Below, in pieces: positions 58,490-64,000 of a DNA stretch of 64,000 bases. A model generated the notes under the pieces. The model had not been told where the DNA came from, did no database searches, and was given only the letters and a program-made list of their open reading frames with translations. Within the stretch, counting starts at the first letter, position 1. Each line of letters starts with the position of its first letter. Position numbers and translations under genes: made by a program. Origin of the DNA: Thiohalomonadaceae bacterium (GTDB lineage Bacteria; Pseudomonadota; Gammaproteobacteria; Thiohalomonadales; Thiohalomonadaceae); contig JBFFMJ010000008.1 in the NCBI GenBank assembly GCA_041554195.1, positions 69,359-133,358 on the forward strand. Reading direction: 5' to 3'.

Positions 58490-59054
58490 GCAATTTGGCT
58501 GGGTGTTAGTAGGGATTTGCTCGCTGTTGTGGCTGCCGTCGCTCCACGCCCTTGAGTGGGGGCAGTTGGGTGAGGCAGAACAGCAGCTGCTGCAACCCTA
58601 TCAGCAACAATGGGGTGAGATGCCCGAGACGCAACAACAACGTCTGCAAAAAGGGGCCGCTCGCTGGCAGCAAATGGATCAGCAGTCACAGGCCGAGGTG
58701 AGGCAGCGGTTCGAGCGCTGGCAGCAGATGTCGCCAGCAGGCCAGCAACAGATCCGTGAACGCTTTGAGCAGTTTAAGCAGCTACCGGCTAGCAGGCAGC
58801 AAAGTTTGCGCCAGCAGATGCAGCAGTTTCGTGAACTACCGGCAGCGCAGCAACAGGCCTTGCGTCAGCGCTTTAATGCGATGACTGAAGAGCAGCGTCA
58901 GGCCTTGCGTCAGCAGATGCAGGGCGAGGGTGCGGCGCAACAGCAGGCCTCCCAGCCGGAGGAGAACGAGGAGAAAAACTCAATGCGCGACAGCCACCAT
59001 GAGCGTCACCACGAGCGTCGTCAGGGGCCAACATCCATGAGGAGACAACGATAG
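58476..59054 (+). CDS. DUF3106-like periplasmic Gln/Arg-rich repeat protein
   Basis: Signal peptide, then repeated W/F..(L/M)(S/P)..QQ...R.RF units (ARWQQMDQQSQAEVRQRFERWQQMSPAGQQQIRERFEQFKQLPASRQQSLRQQMQQFRELPAAQQQALRQRF). GGAGG lies 8 nt before ATG 58476. Confidence 0.6.
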   Translation: MMKSRQFGWVLVGICSLLWLPSLHALEWGQLGEAEQQLLQPYQQQWGEMPETQQQRLQKGAARWQQMDQQSQAEVRQRFERWQQMSPAGQQQIRERFEQFKQLPASRQQSLRQQMQQFRELPAAQQQALRQRFNAMTEEQRQALRQQMQGEGAAQQQASQPEENEEKNSMRDSHHERHHERRQGPTSMRRQR

Positions 59055-59059
59055 TGTTA

Positions 59060-59842
59060 ATGAAAAAAAGTGCAGTGGCTTGTGCCCTGTTTGTAGCTTT
59101 CGGAATGCAGTTCGCGATGGCGGATAGCGGCTACAGTGTGGGCGCAGAGTATAGCGAGGGCGATTATGGCACCGGGGAGAGTTCAAGCGCCTGGTTCATC
59201 CCCTTTGCCTGGCGCTACGCCAGCGATGATTTCAGGGCCTCGATCACCATCCCTTATCTGATGGTTGAGGGTTCATCCCTGGTGACCTTTGATGGCCGCC
59301 CGATTGCGCCGTCGGGCATGGGCGGCATGGGTGGTGGCGGTGGTGGTACTACAAGCACCACACGCACCGAATCGGGTCTGGGTGACATCATGCTCAGCGG
59401 TAGTTATCAGCTAATGAGTGAGGGTGATGCGCGCCCCTGGATGGCGGCCACCGCCAAGGTGAAGCTGGGCACCGCCGATGAAGAGAAGGGGCTGGGTACC
59501 GGCGAGAATGATTACTCCCTGCAACTTGAGGCAGCCAAGGGCGTGCTCTCTGGCTATGCTGGATATCGGGTGCTGGGCGATACCGCAACGCTCGATTATA
59601 ACGACGTTAGTTTTGTCGGTGCGGCACTGAGCTTCCCTCTGGGTAAGAGCAATAGTCTAGGCGTGGAGTACTACACCGAGCAGGCGTCACTCGATGGCAT
59701 GGACGATGTACAGGAGGCGAGTTTGTCCTTCGGTGGCGAGGTGAGTCAGGAGATGGATTACTCGCTCTATTATGTCGCGGGATTAACCGATAGCAGCGCG
59801 GACTCCGTTATCGGGGTTAACCTTGCTACACGTCTTAAATGA
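59060..59842 (+). CDS. Outer-membrane beta-barrel protein (MetA-pathway/transporter-like family)
   Basis: Signal peptide MKKSAVACALFVAFGMQFAMA. Alternating beta-strand pattern, a Gly-rich loop GMGGMGGGGGG and the SGLGDIMLSGSY motif typical of that family. GTG 59054 is an alternative start. Confidence 0.55.
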   Translation: MKKSAVACALFVAFGMQFAMADSGYSVGAEYSEGDYGTGESSSAWFIPFAWRYASDDFRASITIPYLMVEGSSLVTFDGRPIAPSGMGGMGGGGGGTTSTTRTESGLGDIMLSGSYQLMSEGDARPWMAATAKVKLGTADEEKGLGTGENDYSLQLEAAKGVLSGYAGYRVLGDTATLDYNDVSFVGAALSFPLGKSNSLGVEYYTEQASLDGMDDVQEASLSFGGEVSQEMDYSLYYVAGLTDSSADSVIGVNLATRLK

Positions 59843-59848
59843 AGAGAC

Positions 59849-59874
59849 AAAAAAAGGGCCCAGAAGATGGGCCC
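59849..59874 (-). terminator. Rho-independent terminator for minus-strand gene 59907-60410 (also abuts the plus-strand barrel gene)
   Basis: Stem gggccc/gggccc (59856-59874) with a 7-nt loop. A7 on the plus strand gives T7 after the hairpin on the minus strand. Confidence 0.6.
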
Positions 59875-59906
59875 AAAGCATGGAGACGTGTAAACGGATT
59901 CAACAA

Positions 59907-60410
59907 TTAGTCATTCAGTAGTGCCAGTGATTGCCCTTTGGGCTGCTGCAGGCTGAACTCGCGTGCACTCACTTCAAATTCATTTACCTCAAGTTTTCCC
60001 TGCAACACCATCTGAGTGGTTATGCCATTCGGCAGTGGCTGCTGCTTCATGCCTCCCTTGCTGACGGTGAGCATTTTGTCTGCCAGTTGCAGGTGCAGCT
60101 GCTGATAACGGCCCTTCTTCTCGACGTTAACGGGATTGATCAGGCGGTCTGCCTGAGTCAGTTTGTTAACGGGGATGAGTGCACCCTGCCGGTCATTGAA
60201 TAGAACCTGCTTGTGACCGTTGCTGTCATGGCCTTCAATGCGCTTTACCCAGACAAACTGTGAGCCGCTGGCGGCCTTCATGTCGCCACTGCGATAGCTG
60301 GGGGAGATCGTTTCGGCCAGATCAGCGGGGGTACGGTTGTCGGCCATGGCGAGCTGACTGAATCCTATAAGCAGGGTGGCTCCTGAGATAAATTTTATTA
60401 CAGTCTTCAT
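59907..60410 (-). CDS. Secreted hypothetical protein, paralog A
   Basis: Signal peptide ending LAMA/DNRTPADLAETISP. About 40-50% identical by eye to 60631-61107 over the whole mature length. No family recognised. Confidence 0.6.
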   Translation of the reverse strand: MKTVIKFISGATLLIGFSQLAMADNRTPADLAETISPSYRSGDMKAASGSQFVWVKRIEGHDSNGHKQVLFNDRQGALIPVNKLTQADRLINPVNVEKKGRYQQLHLQLADKMLTVSKGGMKQQPLPNGITTQMVLQGKLEVNEFEVSAREFSLQQPKGQSLALLND

Positions 60411-60630
60411 GGTCGTTCCTCTGTTGGTCTCTGGGGAGAGTGCTAACTTCTAGGTATGCAGTTTACGGATGGAATCTTAAGATTCTGTTAACTGACTTGC
60501 GGAAAAAGCGGAACTGTTTGGCATTATGTTAGCTTGATGGCCAAAGAGTGACACGAGTCACAGAGACTCGCGAAGCAGCTGGATTGTGTGGAGGGACGCC
60601 TAACGGTGCAATCACAGTTGATAAACTCCT

Positions 60631-61107
60631 TCACTGGATCGGGTAGGGGGTGAGTGTGGTGGCTGTGATATTAAACTTGTTAACTGTGATCTCGCCTCGC
60701 AGTGTCATTAGCGTGGAGGTGTTTTCCGGTAATGGGAGGATGTGGCTCGTGTTGTCACTGACGACGACAACTTTGTCGTCTAGCTGAACAAGCAGGTCAT
60801 GGTAATGGCCTTTTTGTTTTACGCTAAGCGGATTAATCAGCTGGAACGCCGCGGATAGTCTGTTTAAAGGGAGTAGGGCCCCCTGGCGCGCCTTGAAAAG
60901 AGTTTGCACCCTGCCCTGCTCGTCATGCCCGTCCACCTGTTTTACCCGCACAAATTGCGTGCCATTAAAGCACTTCATATTTTCATAACGATAGTGTGGT
61001 GTTATCGTTTCTGCCAGTTCAGCAGGGACACGGTTGTCTGCCAGGATGGCAGGTGTGTATGCAGCTAGTAGAGTGGTGATGGACACGATGCTAATACTGT
61101 TTTTCAT
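60631..61107 (-). CDS. Secreted hypothetical protein, paralog B
   Basis: Signal peptide ending AILA/DNRVPAELAETITP. Shared blocks with paralog A: GHD, RQGAL(I/L)P(V/L)N, LINP(V/L)(N/S)V, KG(R/H)Y, PLP. Confidence 0.6.
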   Translation of the reverse strand: MKNSISIVSITTLLAAYTPAILADNRVPAELAETITPHYRYENMKCFNGTQFVRVKQVDGHDEQGRVQTLFKARQGALLPLNRLSAAFQLINPLSVKQKGHYHDLLVQLDDKVVVVSDNTSHILPLPENTSTLMTLRGEITVNKFNITATTLTPYPIQ

Positions 61108-61301
61108 GGCACACTCCTTAACGCATGGTGGTCAGGTGTTTTTGCCGCAATGTCGTGTGTTGGGTGGATCTACTGGGGATGTTCCTCGGACCCGAAGCAC
61201 ACACATATGGAGCTAGTTGGACGTTATGCCGCAAAACAAACCGTCGATGATTAGAGTCGAGATATGAGTATAGTCAGGAAAAACCATGATACTGTCCGAG
61301 T

Positions 61302-62561
61302 ATGTCGCAAGGAATAAATAAACTGGAAAGGCAGGCGCTCGCCTGGATGCTCTATGACTGGGGTAACTCGGCCTACGCCACGACGGTGATGGCCGGATTC
61401 TTCCCCATTTTTTTCAAGCAGTACTGGAGTAGCGGGGTTTCGGCAACGCAGAGTACCTTCTATTTAGGTGTTGCCAACTCGCTTGCCAGTTTGGTCATTG
61501 TGATCCTGGCCCCGCTGCTGGGGGCGATTGCCGATCAGTGGTCGGCGCGCAAACGCTTTCTGTTGTTCTTTGCCTTTCTCGGCGTGGCGATGACCGCATT
61601 GCTGCCGCTGGTGGCGAAGGGTGACTGGTTATGGGCGGTGGTGTTCTATGTGATAGCGAGCATCGGTTTCTCCGGTAGTATCAGCTTCTACGATTCTTTG
61701 ATTGTCTTTATCACCGAGCCATCACGTCTCGATGTGGTCTCGGCCATGGGCTATGCGCTGGGCTATCTGGGCGGTGGTCTGTTGTTTGCGTTCAATGTGT
61801 GGATGACGCTCCAGCCTCAGTGGTTTGGTCTGGCCGATGCGGCCGAGGCAGTGCGCCTCTCCTTTTTTACCGTTGCCCTGTGGTGGTTTGTTTTTACTCT
61901 GCCCCTGGCGTTGTGGGTAGGTGAGCCGGATGGACGTGGAGGCAATGCCTGGCTTGCGCTACGCAATGGCCTTAACCAGTTGTACGGAACCTTTCATGAG
62001 ATCCGCCAGCTACGCACGGTGTTTCTGTTTCTGCTGGCCTACTGGTGTTACATCGACGGGGTCGACACCATTGTGCGCATGGCGGTGGATTACGGGCTCT
62101 CGCTGGGATTCGATTCCAACAGCCTCATTGTAGCGTTGCTGATCACGCAGTTTGTCGGCTTTCCCGCCGCCATTGCCTTTGGTTATCTGGGGAAGCGCAT
62201 CGGCGCAAAACGCGGTATCTATATCGCCATCGCGGCCTATGTGGCAATCGTGGTGTGGGCTTCGCAGATGGATAGTCAGGCCGAGTTTTACGGCATGGCC
62301 ATCGCCATCGGACTGGTGCAGGGCGGCATTCAGTCCCTGAGCCGCTCCTTCTATGCACGGCTGATCCCGCAGGATAAATCGGCGGAGTTTTTCGGCTTCT
62401 ATAATATGCTGGGTAAGTTTGCCGCGGTGCTGGGGCCGGTGATGGTGGGCTGGGCCGGGGCGCTGAGCGGCAACCCGCGCATCGGGATACTCACCTTGCT
62501 GGTTCTGTTTGCCCTGGGGGCCTTTATACTCAGCCGGCTGGGGGAAGATGAGCCGAGGTGA
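61302..62561 (+). CDS. MFS transporter (UMF1/Atg22-like family)
   Basis: 419 aa and 12 TM segments. The N-terminal WMLYDWGNSAYATTVMAGFFPIFF is characteristic of UMF1 MFS proteins. Confidence 0.75.
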   Translation: MSQGINKLERQALAWMLYDWGNSAYATTVMAGFFPIFFKQYWSSGVSATQSTFYLGVANSLASLVIVILAPLLGAIADQWSARKRFLLFFAFLGVAMTALLPLVAKGDWLWAVVFYVIASIGFSGSISFYDSLIVFITEPSRLDVVSAMGYALGYLGGGLLFAFNVWMTLQPQWFGLADAAEAVRLSFFTVALWWFVFTLPLALWVGEPDGRGGNAWLALRNGLNQLYGTFHEIRQLRTVFLFLLAYWCYIDGVDTIVRMAVDYGLSLGFDSNSLIVALLITQFVGFPAAIAFGYLGKRIGAKRGIYIAIAAYVAIVVWASQMDSQAEFYGMAIAIGLVQGGIQSLSRSFYARLIPQDKSAEFFGFYNMLGKFAAVLGPVMVGWAGALSGNPRIGILTLLVLFALGAFILSRLGEDEPR

Positions 62562-62626
62562 TGGACGCTGTGTCGCATTGAACCATAATGTGCGTTAAAG
62601 GAAAGAATAAATAAGGCAGGGGACGA

Positions 62627-64000
62627 ATGAGCTGGCTACTATTTTTTTTCGGTGTCGTTATCGGCGGCATGATCGCTGAGTTTTCGGGTTTGCTGCTCGG
62701 TGGTCTGCTGGGTTACCTGTTGGGTCAAAGTATCAGTCTTGCACAGCGTCTGCAGCGTCTGGAGGAGTTGGTTGCCAGACTGCGGCAGGCAGCGCCTGAT
62801 GAGGTAATACCCGAAGTGCCAGCAAAGTCTGTGCAGCCAGCAGCGCCCTCACCCGAGCCCGCCCGAATTGTTACCCTGCCCGAGCCTGAGCTTATCTTCG
62901 AGCTGGAAGAGCCCTCTTCCCCTGCCGCTGTTGCCGTTTCCCTTGCTCAGCCAGAAGCGCCACTGGTCAGCGATCTTATGGATACCGTGCGAAGCTTCTT
63001 CCTCGATGGCAATGTGGTGGTGCGCGTCGGTATCGTGGTGCTCTTTTTCGGTGTTGCCTTCCTGCTTAAGTATGCCGCCGACCAGGGCATGCTCTCCATC
63101 GAGTGGCGACTGAGTGGCGCGGCCCTTGGCGCACTGGCGCTGATCGGCGCGGGCTGGCGTCTGCGCCATCGACGCCTCACCTATGCGCTGCTGATACAGG
63201 GCGGCGGTATCGGTCTATTCTACCTCACGGTCTACGCCGCGGCCAAGCTCTATCACCTGATCCCGGTCGGTATGGCCTTTGGCCTGATGCTGGCGCTGGT
63301 GGCACTCTCGGCACTGCTCGCCGTGCTGCAGGATTCGCGTAGCCTGGCCGCCTTTGGCATTAGCGGCGGCTTCCTTGCCCCGCTGCTTACCTCTACCGGT
63401 GGCGGCAGTCATGTAATGCTCTTCTCCTATTATGCGCTGCTCAATGGCGGCATCCTCGGTATCGCCTGGTTTAAGGCGTGGCGCGAGTTGAACCTGCTGG
63501 GGTTTCTCTTCACCTTTATTATCGGTTCGATGTGGGGGCTGCAGTATTACCGTCCTGCCCACTTTGCCAGCACCGAACCTTTTCTGATTATTTTCTTTAT
63601 CTTCTATGTGGCTATCGCGGTGTTGTTCGCGTTGCGCCAGCCGATACAGCTCAAGGGCTACGTGGACGGCACCCTGGTGTTCGGCACACCGCTTGTCGGC
63701 TTCTCGCTGCAATATGGTCTGGTGCGTGATATGGAGTACGGCATCGCCCTGAGTGCGCTGGCCCTGGGCTTCTTTTATGTTGGGCTGGCGATGGCGCTGT
63801 GGCGACGTCATGTTGAGGGAATACGGCTGCTCACCGAATCCTTTCTTGCCCTCGGTATCGCCTTCGCCACTATGGCGATCCCGCTGGCGCTGGACGGGCG
63901 CTGGACCTCCGCCGCCTGGGCGATGGAGGGGGCGGCGCTGCTGTGGGTAGGGGTGCACCAGCAACGGTTGTTGCCGCGACTCTCGGGGCTGTTGTTGCAA
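62627..64000 (+). CDS. DUF2339-type large polytopic membrane protein, N-terminal 458 aa (3' end outside the window); absent from the supplied ORF track
   Basis: I translated ATG 62627 (frame 2) by hand. It stays open to base 64000: MSWLLFFFGVVIGGMIAEFSGLLLGGLLGYLLGQSISLAQRLQRLEELVARLRQ..., a Pro/Glu linker, then many TM helices (VVRVGIVVLFFGVAFLLKYAADQG...). GC3-rich codon use matches the neighbours. Confidence 0.75.
   Translation, partial: MSWLLFFFGVVIGGMIAEFSGLLLGGLLGYLLGQSISLAQRLQRLEELVARLRQAAPDEVIPEVPAKSVQPAAPSPEPARIVTLPEPELIFELEEPSSPAAVAVSLAQPEAPLVSDLMDTVRSFFLDGNVVVRVGIVVLFFGVAFLLKYAADQGMLSIEWRLSGAALGALALIGAGWRLRHRRLTYALLIQGGGIGLFYLTVYAAAKLYHLIPVGMAFGLMLALVALSALLAVLQDSRSLAAFGISGGFLAPLLTSTGGGSHVMLFSYYALLNGGILGIAWFKAWRELNLLGFLFTFIIGSMWGLQYYRPAHFASTEPFLIIFFIFYVAIAVLFALRQPIQLKGYVDGTLVFGTPLVGFSLQYGLVRDMEYGIALSALALGFFYVGLAMALWRRHVEGIRLLTESFLALGIAFATMAIPLALDGRWTSAAWAMEGAALLWVGVHQQRLLPRLSGLLLQ

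Noticed and set aside
63215-64000. A 261-aa minus-strand ORF at the window end.
   Set aside because: It is antisense to the uninterrupted DUF2339-like plus-strand ORF. It has a low-complexity basic composition and no start context.

Overview
The window looks like a chromosomal segment of a gammaproteobacterium. GC is about 55-60% by eye, and the gene order resembles Pseudomonas-like genomes. Most of it is housekeeping: aspS (5' truncated), nadA, mazG, an RND efflux pair, amt, purN-purM, a DUF2066 / CDP-alcohol transferase / AI-2E / hda block, wrbA-arsC, proS, ilvI-ilvH-ilvC, pssA, leuA, a family-4 UDG, rimI, prfC, yadGH-like ABC genes, an M16 protease and tatD. I found no rRNA, tRNA, CRISPR array, transposase or integrase.

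Several accessory or poorly understood patches sit between these genes:
1. A 1188-aa lipoprotein of visibly lower GC, with about 8 cadherin-like ~95-aa modules and a 7-bladed TolB-like propeller. It contains near-identical internal DNA repeats and is followed by a 560-bp hairpin-rich noncoding region.
2. A tight tlpA / thioredoxin-fold / tolC / hairpin-only adaptor operon.
3. A ~1.56-kb insertion between ilvC and pssA. It carries an AT-rich gene for a single-TM protein, a REP doublet, and an HNH nuclease fused to an unassigned C-terminal domain.
4. Two tandem periplasmic tetraheme cytochrome c paralogs placed directly upstream of a membrane diguanylate cyclase with a large periplasmic domain. 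The second paralog has one in-frame TAG.
5. A DUF898 / M48 peptidase pair.
6. A translationally coupled ECF sigma / DUF3619 / small ORF / DUF3106 / outer-membrane barrel cluster, preceded by a secreted low-complexity repeat protein.
7. Two tandem secreted paralogs of unknown family.

The last 1.37 kb holds a DUF2339-type membrane protein ORF that runs off the window and is missing from the supplied ORF track. All family assignments come from motif and pattern recognition by eye. No database search was run.
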